Shown: piece by piece, positions 38,001-46,800 of the stretch
How the letters are laid out: each line of letters opens with the position of its first letter
Numbering within the stretch: the first letter of the stretch is position 1
DNA from: Octopus vulgaris
Lineage: Eukaryota
Direction of reading: 5' to 3'
DNA: 64,000 bases
NCBI GenBank assembly: GCA_951406725.2
Contig: OX597829.1
Span: forward strand, 21,638,001-21,702,000
Program-made: the position numbers and the translations under genes
The notes under the pieces: generated by a model
What the model was told of the DNA's origin: nothing
The model's database searches: none
The model's input: the letters and a program-made list of their open reading frames with translations, nothing else

Positions 38001-39344
38001 CAGTCTTCCAATTTATTCAAGAGAGCGGTAATGACTCAACCAACACATGCCAACATGAGAAAAAGACATCCGCCGCAGCAGCAGCAGCAGCAGCAGATGA
38101 TGATGATGATGATGATGATTTGTTTGTTTGTTTGTTTGTTTGTTTGTTTGTTTGTTTGTTTGTTTTGTTACATTTCAAAGAATTTCTTATCTTTTGCAAT
38201 GTATCTGAATTATTTTCTTTTCTACATTTAGTGCTAACAAATGAACGCCTTGAGACATTACTAAAAGATATTGACTTGGCCTGGAACAATTTAGCAGCTT
38301 TTCTCAGTGCCAGTTCTTTATTGGTAAGATATATTTGGCCTTTAATTTTCAATATGTATATATTGCAAATGACCTCAATCTGTATCTTACTCTACATTAA
38401 CCTATTAAGTTAATAGTTATATTTAAAAGGACTGATACCAACCTGTCTTAGACCATCCCAAACCTATAATACAAATGTCCTGTTTTAAAGTGATCTTAAA
38501 GTGAACTTCAAACCTGCCATCAAAATTTTAAACCTTGAAATTCCATCTTAATGAAGATGAAGCTGTTTTACTAAAACTTTTCATTATTTTAAAAACTAAT
38601 TGAAACAAAGGCAATGTTTCAACAGAAAATAACAAAAGGGTTAGGTTTGGTATCGAAAGTTATACCAGCCCTTGAACTGGACATCTCTGCTCTGTTCCAA
38701 AGGTCCCAGCTAACCTGTCTAGAGTGAGAACCATGTATTGCTGTAGCTTGGGATTAAAGGGCCCATGGCTATTTAATACCTTGCCAAAACATATGAGAGG
38801 TTTACATGGAGTAAGTGTAGATGTTTGCAAGAAACAACTTGACCTCCTGGTGTCCAAGGTCCCAGATTAACCTATAACATAATAAGAAACTCAAAAGAGA
38901 GCAGCAATGTTGAACCCCCTCCTTCACCAAAAACCAATCACAAAAGAATGGCCACTGAAAAGGTGATAACACTGGTAGTACTCCAGTATGGCCACATAAA
39001 AGAATATAACTTCCAGAAAACTTCTTTTTTATATTAAAACATTAATGTTTATCATTTAATTTGAAATGAAGGTCTTCATCTATTTTCATTTTCTTTTTCA
39101 GTCGGAAGTGAGTTCCTTTAATTATACTTCAGCTGTCCTTAAAACTGATGACACAGCTTCTCAGCTGAAAGCTTGTGGAGTATGTCTTCTAAATGTCGAT
39201 GTTTTCGATCGCATTTCAAATGACAATGAACGAGCTGCAAAACTGACATACAGTGGTCGCCAGTATCATACGACATGCGCCAATTTCTGGGTAAACTGTG
39301 TAGATTCCATGTTGCCAGCACTGAAACTGCCTCAACTAATCTGA
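1094..39344 (+). CDS. SYNRG: Synergin gamma (AP-1 gamma-adaptin-binding protein), spliced, 5'-partial; 15 exons listed separately
   Basis: The 15 exons join in frame (3830 nt, phase-1 start, TGA at 39342-39344). EH domain LYPILLLSDLPRQTLREIWEVCNMTTPGQLSKQELYLLLSLIAVAQ, motifs DSFGDF/DEDFADF/DEYSDF/ENWADF, and C-terminus KACGVCLLNVD...YHTTCANFWVNCVDSMLPAL all match synergin gamma as I recall it. Confidence 0.93.
2722..2919 (+). CDS. SYNRG: SYNRG exon (DLMAMMLQYSDL...LFKVE)
   Basis: ttttcag| acceptor, |gtaggt donor, phase 1-1. Confidence 0.85.
3190..3379 (+). CDS. SYNRG: SYNRG exon (DQPPVTP...LPSWCYLDDDQIPHVYRQVYEASS), start of EH region
   Basis: tttgcag| acceptor, |gtaagt donor, phase 1-2, open frame not in the ORF track. 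Confidence 0.88.
3864..5210 (+). mobile_element. 5'-truncated RTE-clade LINE: ORF2 C-terminus plus long 3' UTR ending in (GAT)n
   Basis: RCTQCKLWAHKR...CARC; LEVVDSF.NLGD; ARIRIAWAKFRELLPLL...KGRLYDACVRTAMLHG; RRLCWYGHVVR; GRGKPRKT. Frameshift near 4230 and a stop near 4520. Confidence 0.88.
6511..6673 (+). CDS. SYNRG: SYNRG exon, EH domain core
   Basis: poly-T ccag| acceptor, |gtatgt donor, phase 2-0; LP..L..IW...G.L...E EH signature. Confidence 0.93.
7225..7580 (+). mobile_element. Copy of the RTE 3' tail
   Basis: gtggcacataaaaagcacc units, then ccatgccagcatagaaagc and (GAT)n. Confidence 0.8.
7899..8169 (+). CDS. SYNRG: SYNRG exon (NNQGIPSMEILHQLPSPPVP...)
   Basis: tttgcag| acceptor, |gtatgt donor, phase 0-1. 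Confidence 0.87.
8251..8400 (+). CDS. SYNRG: SYNRG exon (...GDEDFADFQVAPK)
   Basis: ctcttag| acceptor after an 81-nt intron, |gtataa donor, phase 1-1, DFADF motif. Confidence 0.87.
9670..10075 (-). mobile_element. tRNA-derived CORE-like SINE with internal (CA/TA)n
   Basis: On -: gtggctgtgtggtaag...ggttcagtcccactgcgtggcaccttgggcaagtg (Pol III A/B-box-like plus CORE-like motif); about 10 copies in the window. Confidence 0.8.
10715..11105 (+). mobile_element. CORE-like SINE, same family, opposite orientation
   Basis: Head gtagctgtgtggtatgaag...ttgggcaagtgtcttc; tail gactgaaacaagtaaaag. Confidence 0.75.
11800..12073 (+). mobile_element. Degenerate 3' end of a second RTE-like LINE family
   Basis: LASDLLLWIPKHG...HIDHLSR resembles the RTE C-terminal LLW.P.HG..RGRP..YID.L; short (GAT)n tail. 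Confidence 0.55.
12489..12546 (+). CDS. SYNRG: SYNRG small exon (DSLDQFNMSPVTDVNQVNC)
   Basis: ttttag| acceptor, |gtgagt donor, phase 1-2; required for phase with the next exon. Confidence 0.75.
12690..13000. repeat. 27-bp minisatellite (TCAATCATTCATTCAATTTTTATTCGA)n, about 11 units
   Basis: Direct tandem units; these produce the 9-aa periodic ORFs in the track. Confidence 0.92.
14655..14761 (+). CDS. SYNRG: SYNRG exon (SITPV...EDKYSNVRNFF)
   Basis: tttgcag| acceptor, |gtaaaa donor, phase 2-1; DKY motif like the DKYAVFR repeat. Confidence 0.8.
15198..15640 (+). mobile_element. Full-length CORE-like SINE
   Basis: gcgtaggagtggctgtgtgg head, TA/TG microsatellite, tail ending gtaaaagagtaaagag. 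Confidence 0.85.
15813..16312. mobile_element. TTAA-CCCT MITE interrupted by an RTE-tail copy (about 15995-16265)
   Basis: MITE body resumes at gagcattacatttgac and ends aatgctaaagggttaa. Confidence 0.7.
17730..18428 (+). CDS. SYNRG: SYNRG large exon (FDDDYDDFK, DEYSDFK, DKYAVFR, ENWADFQ)
   Basis: ttttcag| acceptor, |gtaaac donor, 699 nt, phase 1-1. Confidence 0.92.
21490..22260. repeat. Degenerate ~30-bp minisatellite (TAACTAAACACT core) split by a SINE
   Basis: Recurrent aactaaacact/agctaaacact on both sides of 21720-22050. Confidence 0.7.
21720..22052 (-). mobile_element. tRNA-derived SINE (family also at 45665-45990 +, 53600-53785 -, 58715-58860 +)
   Basis: On -: atggctcagtgattagagc...gttcgattccc...gtgttcttgagcaagacactt. 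Confidence 0.75.
24736..25210 (+). mobile_element. RTE 3' UTR copy
   Basis: Colinear with 4655-5210 from acctttccttcattggacactaaactctgcttgcgaag. Confidence 0.85.
26437..27615 (+). CDS. SYNRG: SYNRG large exon (PGWAEF, NNWADF, DEFGGF, DSQSVSSLEL)
   Basis: ttacag| acceptor, |gtaagt donor, 1179 nt, phase 1-1. Confidence 0.92.
27990..28340 (-). mobile_element. CORE-like SINE
   Basis: Reverse complement of 15198-15640 with an internal deletion. Confidence 0.8.
28848..29280 (+). mobile_element. CORE-like SINE
   Basis: Colinear with 15198-15640. Confidence 0.85.
29766..29990 (+). mobile_element. Deu/Nin-domain-like SINE (copies also at 30858-31085 +, 46680-46910 -, 61795-62015 - and many fragments)
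   Basis: ggcgagctggcagaa...gagttcaaattccgccgagg...ttcatcctttcggggtc..taaa, ending aataaagaaat. Confidence 0.7.
30096..30199 (+). CDS. SYNRG: SYNRG exon (TMPTLPQ...DRYSSVIQDVQ)
   Basis: ttcag| acceptor, |gtaagt donor, phase 1-0. Confidence 0.85.
32557..32707 (+). CDS. SYNRG: SYNRG exon (EWTKCLDKC...NSISTSCVCNEVIKSCQGADYIM)
   Basis: CT-rich ccag| acceptor, |gtgagt donor, phase 0-1; matches the conserved synergin C-terminal region. Confidence 0.92.
33114..33343. mobile_element. piggyBac-type MITE (TTAA-CCCTTTAGCATT ends), nested in an inverted copy
   Basis: ttaaccctttagcatt ... aatgctagaaggttaa. Confidence 0.75.
33478..33565. mobile_element. Small hAT (Charlie-like) MITE
   Basis: TIR cagcatttttcaaact / agtttgaaaaacgctg; imperfect 8-bp flanks atataaac / aattaaac. 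Confidence 0.6.
35035..35091 (+). CDS. SYNRG: SYNRG exon (AIIEIYRVVCKITVTMRMS)
   Basis: tttcag| acceptor, |gtaaat donor, phase 1-1; E.YRV motif. Confidence 0.88.
35820..37396 (-). mobile_element. Internally deleted piggyBac transposon with transposase remnant (about 37292-36409)
   Basis: On -: acidic N-terminus SSDSDFEGF; LSIVNSYIVY; C-terminal Cys-rich VETAYICLFCKVPLCKECFEQFH then stop; frameshifts and stops present. Confidence 0.78.
38232..38323 (+). CDS. SYNRG: SYNRG exon (LETLLKDIDLAWNNLAAFL)
   Basis: tttag| acceptor, |gtaaga donor, phase 1-0; LLKDID..WNNL..F motif. Confidence 0.92.
39102..39344 (+). CDS. SYNRG: SYNRG terminal coding exon
   Basis: ttttcag| acceptor; CGVC...YHTTCANFWVNCVD; TGA stop. 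Confidence 0.93.
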   Translation, partial: SEVSSFNYTSAVLKTDDTASQLKACGVCLLNVDVFDRISNDNERAAKLTYSGRQYHTTCANFWVNCVDSMLPALKLPQLI

Positions 39345-39593
39345 AGTCAACTGAAAACATTTAGAGGGAACTTTTATTTAAATGTATCTAATTGATCTTA
39401 AAAGTCATTAATTTATCTCGTAAATATTTTAAAAAAAAAAAACGCAAAACAAAACAAAATACAATTCATTTACTTTGAAAAGTGTATTGTAAACAGATAG
39501 GTGACCCTTGATTCAATCAGCTGTCTCCAGAGTAGAAGAAAGAAAAAAAAAACATTGTTATTGAATTGAAAGAAAAATAGTCAAGAAGTATAT

Positions 39594-39599
39594 AATAAA
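39594..39599 (+). promoter_or_regulatory. Candidate polyadenylation signal for SYNRG
   Basis: AATAAA 250 nt after the stop with T/GT-rich sequence downstream; such hexamers are common in AT-rich DNA. Confidence 0.35.
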
Positions 39600-40356
39600 T
39601 TGAATTTTTATTCAGGAGTTGTTGTTTACAGAGTTATTTAATTTATCTTTTTTCCTTTTTTGAAAAAAATTCTCTAATCTGTAAAATAGATATCTATACA
39701 TGTGATTGTTCTGATATAGAGTACATGCTTAAAATAGGAATTTAAAATTTTCTTTGGAAGTGGCTTTCCAATTGGTGAATGGTTTGTGTTTATGTATTTA
39801 TGTACATATTTGTGTGTGTGTGTGTATATATATAGAAATTAGAGAAAAACCCCTATTATGTAATTTGATTTAATATTAAATTGAATTTTTCCCTGTAAGT
39901 TTGGAGTTATACTCCCTAATATTATTATTACATATATATATATGTATGTATGTGTGTGTGTATTTTTCTGTATCTATATATACATATACATTTGGTTTTT
40001 GCTGTATCCATGGCCAATTTTGTCTTCAGCTCTATCCTGTACACTCTTTTATGTATTGATGATATTAAACCTCAGGTCAACCATAAATCACTCCTCAAGT
40101 GGAGCTTCTCTGGGTTCATCCAATATGTTCATCCCCCATGTTTTCTTTTTTTGTTGTTGCATTTTTTTTTCTTATGATATGAAGTTGAAAATATTACTAT
40201 TTCATCAAATCATGTAACCATCCTAAGGTTTGTTTTTGGCAATGCAATGTTTGACTGACTGGAGTTGTACTGTGACAATGTGGATCATATATAATCTATA
40301 CAAAATGGCAGAATACACCAACAAAATGCAACTATTTAAACTATATACAATCAATA

Positions 40357-40362
40357 TTTATT
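40357..40362 (-). promoter_or_regulatory. Candidate polyadenylation signal for the LEKR1-like gene
   Basis: tttatt on + is AATAAA on -, about 125 nt after the stop. Confidence 0.35.
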
Positions 40363-40486
40363 CCATTGTTACCTACTAACCAGAACTAATTTTTGACAAG
40401 ATCAAAAACAAAAAAGGTAATTCTGTCAAATGTTTTTAGCTGGGTGGTTTTGGTTGTAATTATTCTGGGTCTTTAATTAAAATTTT

Positions 40487-40827
40487 TCAAGGATTTTTGC
40501 TGAGTAAAGCTAAAAACCTTCTCCTGTCTTCTGATATCGATCTTCTGTATAATTGATTATCTCTGGTTGGTTTTGTTGTAGTTAATCTAGGATTAGAAAA
40601 AGCAACCTTCCCCTTGTTCTGAACATTACTGGGTTTTCTCGGTGGCTCAGAAAGTGTTGTCAAATTATCTGCAGTTCTTGGCATTGGCTGAGGGTTGTGA
40701 AAATTCTGCAAATCCAACTTTTTGTGGAGCAAATGACTATCTGACTGAGTTGTTAATGGAGGATTCTTTATGTCTTCTGATGACAACATGGGCCGTTCTG
40801 TCTTACCTGCAATTTTGTTATAACCAC
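40487..40827 (-). CDS. LEKR1: LEKR1-like terminal coding exon (GYNKIAGK...RRRFLALLSKNP*)
   Basis: tttacag| acceptor on -, phase 1, TGA stop. Confidence 0.8.
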
Positions 40828-43800
40828 CTGTAAATATATAAATGTGTATATATATACATTGCTTTTATGTGTGATATTCAGTTTTTTTTTTAATGTAAAT
40901 CAATCATCATCGTTTAACATCTGTTTTCCATGGGTTGGACGGTTTCACTGGGGACTGGCAAGTCAGTAGGCTGCACCAGGCTCCAATCTAATCTGGCAAG
41001 GTTTCTATAACTGGATGCCCTTCCTAACACCAACCACTCCTAGAGTGTAGTGGGTGCTTTTTATGTGCCACTGGCATGGGAGCCAGTCAGGCAGCACTGG
41101 GATTGACCATATTCAGATGGTGCTTTTTACATGCCACCAGCACAGGAGCTAGTCAGTGGGGCAAGTCAGCGGGGGAAATCTTGCTTTGTTAGTGATTGGC
41201 TTGAACTCTCAATAAAACTCAAAGAAAATAAATAAATACACACACACACATATATATATCTTGCCAGTTACTTGGTGACTCTGCTGGTGCCACATATAAA
41301 GCATCCAGTCCACACTGTAAAGTGGTTGACATTTGGAAGGACATGCAGCAAGAAAAATCGTGCTAAACTTGACCTCGCTTGTGCTAGTGCCACTGGATGG
41401 TTGGTGTTAGGAAAGGCATCCAGCCATAAAAACCCTGCCAAAACAGACACAGTAGCCTGGGGTAATCTACCTGGCAGGCCCCTGTCAACCATCCTACCCA
41501 TGCATGCATGGAAAATGGACATTAAATGATGATGATGAAAAACAAATGTCCATTAAAAAACAATGACATCAATTAAATGAACTTTATTGAGTGAGTTGAG
41601 AGGATGTATTCTAAGGACATTTAATTTAAGTAAAGCACAAATTCTGGATTTGTTGTTTTTGTATGCTGTATAGGCTTAGAAACCTGGCAGCTTGCTGTCG
41701 GGTGTTTTGTATTGTTTCTTAAAAGAGCTATTGTATAGGTTGTGTCATCATATTGCTACTGTCAGAAATTTCAGTCTTTTGACTTAACCCATTAGCATTC
41801 ACATTACTATGTCAAATGTGGAGGTGCAATGGCCCAGTGGTTTGGGCAGCGGACTTGCAGTCTTCAGATTCATCATCATCATCATCGTTTAGCGTCCGCT
41901 TTCCATGCTGGCATGGGTTGGACGGTGCAACTGGGGTCTGGGAAGTCAGAAGGCTGCACCAGGCCCAGTCTAATCTGGCAATGTTTCTACGGCTGGATGC
42001 CCTTCCTAACGCCAAGCACTCCATGAGTGTAGTGGGTGCTTTTTACATGCCACTGGCACAGGTGCCAGATGAGGCTGGCAAACGGCCACGATCGGATGGT
42101 GCTTTTTACATGCCACCGGCACGGAGGCCAGGCGAGGCTGGCAACGGCCACGATCGAATGGTGCTTTTTATGTGCCACCGGCACGGAAGCCAGTCGGGGC
42201 GGCGCTGGCAATGGCCACGTTCAGATGGCTCTCTTATGTGCCACCGGCACTGGTATCACAGCTACAATTTCTATTCATGTTGATCAATCATTTTTGATTT
42301 TGATTTTCACTTGCCTCAACAGGTCTTCACAAGTAGAGTTTTGTGTCCCAAGAAGGAAAGGTATGCATAAGTGGACTGAGGCCATGGGTTATGGTCTCAC
42401 TTGTCTTGCCGAGTCTTCTCATGCACAGCATACTTCCAAAGGTCTCGGTCTCTAGTCATTTCCTCGGTGAGACCTAAATTCCCAGACCAGGCTTTGTGAG
42501 TGTTTGTTGAGCAAAAACACCTAAAGCTCCACGAAGCTCTGATGGAGTGGTGGTGAACCCTGCTGTACTCTTTCACCACAACTATCTCTTACTCTTTCTG
42601 CCTGCTTCTGTTGTACCTGTATTTCAAAGGGGCCAGCCTTGTCACAATCTGTGTCACGCTGAATCTCCCCGAGAACTACGTTAAGGGTACATGTGTCCGT
42701 GGAGTGTTCAGCCACTTGCGTGTTAATTTCACGAGCAGGCTGTTCCGTTGATCGGATCAACTGGAACCCTTGTCATCGTAACCGACAGAGAGCCTACAAT
42801 AATGTCAAATATAAGGCTTATTTATTTGCAACATTTTGAATTAATCATACATTATTTTGTAGCTTTGAGATTTTGATGAGATAACTTAATTTTTTGGTGT
42901 GAGAGGCCAGATCTGACCAGTTTGAACATAAAACAGAATATTTTGGCTGGATATGGCTGATTTAAATTCTAAAGGGTTAAAAGTAATCATTGATGAAGAA
43001 AAATCTATTGGTTATTAATAGGATTGTAATACATATTACTAGTGTTAGGATAAAAGAATAAATAATTGTGGCAAATTTGTATCTTGAAATCCTAATTGTC
43101 AATCGGTGATTTATCAATGGTCACTTGGTGGTTTATTAATGGTCAATTGGTGATTTATCAAAGGTCACTTAGTGGTTTATTAATGGTCAGTTGGTGATTT
43201 ATCAAAGGCCACTCGGTGGTTTATTAATGGTCAATTGGTGATTTATCAAAGGTCACTTGGTGGTTTATTAATGGTCAATTGGTGATTTATCAAAGGTCAC
43301 TTGGTGGTTTATTAATGGTCAGTTGGTGATTTATCAATGGTCAGTTGGTGATTTATCAAAGGTCACTTGGTGGTTTCTAGATGGTTAATTGACGGTTTAT
43401 TAATTTGTTTTAGTTTACTTTTGAGTATCATGGTAGTGAGGACTTTAATCTACGTTGCAAGACACAAATATATTTTACATACCGAAGGGTTTCTTTAACT
43501 GAAGAAGCTCAGTTCGAGCTGCCGTTAGGGATTCTGTAAGTTCCAGTCGTTCTTTACATTCATCATGCACAGTTTTCTGCAGATTCAAAATCTAATGTAG
43601 GAACACAGATTTAGAAAAAAAAAAAAAAAAAAAAAAAAAAAGGAAAAAGAATTGAACAAATAAAAATGAGTGTTTGTAATATCTTTTTAACCATAGAAGG
43701 AACTTTTACATAGTCAATGTTCATGCTATTTTTAAAATAGGGACCATATTAATTAATGAAGAAATTGACCAATTTAACCATTTTGGTACTAATCTCCATC

Positions 43801-46800
43801 TGAGACCACATCTGGTTCTATGATGCAAACTTCTAGTTTTAAAATGGTTTAAATTAAAACTTTCCATCAAATTTTCATATTGTGTGCCAAACACCAGATT
43901 AATAACAAACAACAAAGTTATTTTATAAAATTCTTCATTATATTCAAAATTAATCAAAACAAAAGCAATGTATTTCAGCAGAAAAAGAATGTGACAAAAG
44001 GGTTATTAAGGTGATCTAAATCAAAATCTTCAATCGAAATTTCATGTTGTGCTCCAATGTCAGCTTAATGATGACTGAGTTATTTTACAAAAATTCTGCA
44101 TTATTTTCAAAATTTATTGAAACAAACACGCTGTATTTCAGCAGAAATATGGTAACAAAAGGATTAATGTAAATATAAGTTGATAATCATTTTATTTGGA
44201 ATTCTGAAAGTTTTTGAAAGTAAAACATTCTCACATGGAAAAATTTCTAGAAATCCATAACATTTTCAGTTTCAAACATTTTGGATAAAGAATTATCAAC
44301 CTACAGTCAAATCTCACTTCAACAAACTCTTTACTGCCGTCAGAATAAGGAGTATATATTTAGTTGGACAGATCAACTCCAGTACTTATTTTTTAAGTCT
44401 GGTACTTATTCTATCAGTGTCTTTTGCCAAACTACAAAGTCACAGGGATATAAACAAACCAACACCAGTTACCAAGTGGTGGTGGCAAAGAGACAAGCAC
44501 AGTGCAAATACAAAGATACACAGATATATGCATACATACATATAATATAGATATATATATAAGGCAGTGAGCTGGCAGAAGCGTTAGCATGCTGGGCGAA
44601 ATGCTTAGCGCTATTTCATCTGTCTTTACGTTCTGAGTTCAAATTTCGCCGAGGCCAACTTTGCAGTTCATCCTTTCAGGGTTGATAAATTACCACATAC
44701 ATAATACTGTCATCATCATCATCATTTAAAACTCTGCCTTCCATGCAGGCATATGTTGGATGGTTTAACAAGAGATGTGTCTGTTTTGGCATGGTTTTTA
44801 TGGCCAGATACCCTTCCTAACATCAACCACCCTGTAATATTTTTATATAATATATATGACAAGGTAAAATTGCAAAAGGACAATCAGCTAAATCATAAAC
44901 TGAATACTCAGATCCAACTAAAACCTATACATCAGACATCTTACATTGTGAATTTCTGCTGTCCTTGTATGATAGTAATAAAGTTGAGTCAAGGAAAGCC
45001 AAGTGAACAAAATGACTTTTGCTGCGGCAGCAAAATGTTGTGCAGAATAGGATATTAAATATCACCTTGATCACTGTGACCGACCAGGCTATCAGATGTT
45101 GCTACACATCGCTGGTCACAATGCACTTTGGATTGTTTTAGCCTTCAAATGACACCACCCCGCTGGCTAAGCGATCAAGCCAACAGGAGAAAGTTGTGAC
45201 AAAAGAGTACAGCAGGGATCACGACCACCCCCTGCTGGAGCATCATGGAGCTTTAGGTGCTTTCGCTCAATAAACACTCACAACACCCGGTCTGGGAATC
45301 AAAACTGCAATCCTACAACCACGAGTCCGCTGCCCTAACCACTGGGCCATTGTGCCTCCACAGGATATTAATCACAGGGGTACACTCACAAATACAAGGA
45401 AAATAATGCAGATATGCATTAGTAAGAATGATTACAGAAAATCCAGCAGAGTTTGTGAGATACCAATCATCTTAAATAAAGAAGGATGCATTGAACAATG
45501 TAGTTTCTGATATACAAAATGACAGAGTGGTTGTGACTGGTATGTTTTGATTATAGGTATGCACTACCAGGGATGACCTGAGGTTAAACAATGACTCAAC
45601 AACAGCTAAAAAGGTCGAGATGATATAGAATATAGTATTCTATCGAAGAAAATAGTGAAGACACATGGCTCAGTGGTTAGAGTGTTGGGCTCACAATCAT
45701 GAGATAGTGAATTCAATTCTTGGACTGGGCTGTGTGTTGTGTTCTTGAACAAGACACTTTATTTCACATTACTCCAGTTCACTCATCTGTAGAAATGAGT
45801 TGTGATGTCACTGGTGCCAAGCTGTATCAGTCTTTGCCTTCCTCTTGGATAACACTGGTGGCATGGAGAGGGGAGGACGGTATGCATGGCCGACTGATGG
45901 TCTTACATAAAAACAACCTTACCTGGACTTGTGCCTTGGAAAGAAACTTCCAAGGTGCCATTCATGACTGAAGTGTGTCTTTACCCTTTACCCAGGAAAA
46001 TAATCAAAATACCAGCAGTAAGTTTTGAACTCATGATTTGTATGCAAGTAGTTGAAAATGTTACCCATTTGGCTACCTTCTTGTAGTAAGGTAATTTAAT
46101 ATCACTGATAAACAAGCAAGCAGAGTTTCATGTGGTCACTTGGCATACGAAAAATAGCAGTCAAATTCTTTCAAAGCATTTCTTCCCATCTTTAGAAAGG
46201 ATATTTTAGACAAAGTGGTTCTAGACTAATAGAAGAATGGGATGATCATGGTTGGATTGCTAGAGGCCCCAAAATACCAGGTCTGCTCAATTTAAGGCTG
46301 ACATGTAGCTAAACAAAGCTAAACAACAACATTATTCCTTTCTTCATTATCTTGTTTCAGTCAGGCTGGGGCACCGCCTTGAAGAATTTTGGTTGAACGA
46401 GTAAACCCAGTACTTATTGTACTTATTTTTTAAACCTGATACTCTACCAATACTCTTTTGCCAAACTGCTAGGTTACAGGGACAAAAACTCACCAACACT
46501 AGTTGTCAATCAGTGGGGGAGGGGGACAAACACACACATAAACGACAAGCGTCTTTCAGTTTCCGTCTGTCAAATCTACTCACAAAACTTGGTTGGCCCA
46601 AGGATATAGTAGAAGACACTTGCCCAATGTGCCATGCAGTGGGACTGAACCCAGAACCATGTGTTTGGGAAGCAAACTTCTTATTTCTTTACTGCCCACA
46701 AGAGGCTAAACATAGAGGGGACAAACAAGGATAGACAATGGGATTGTCGATTACAATGACCCCAGTGCGTAACTGGTACTTAATTTATCGACCCCGAAAG

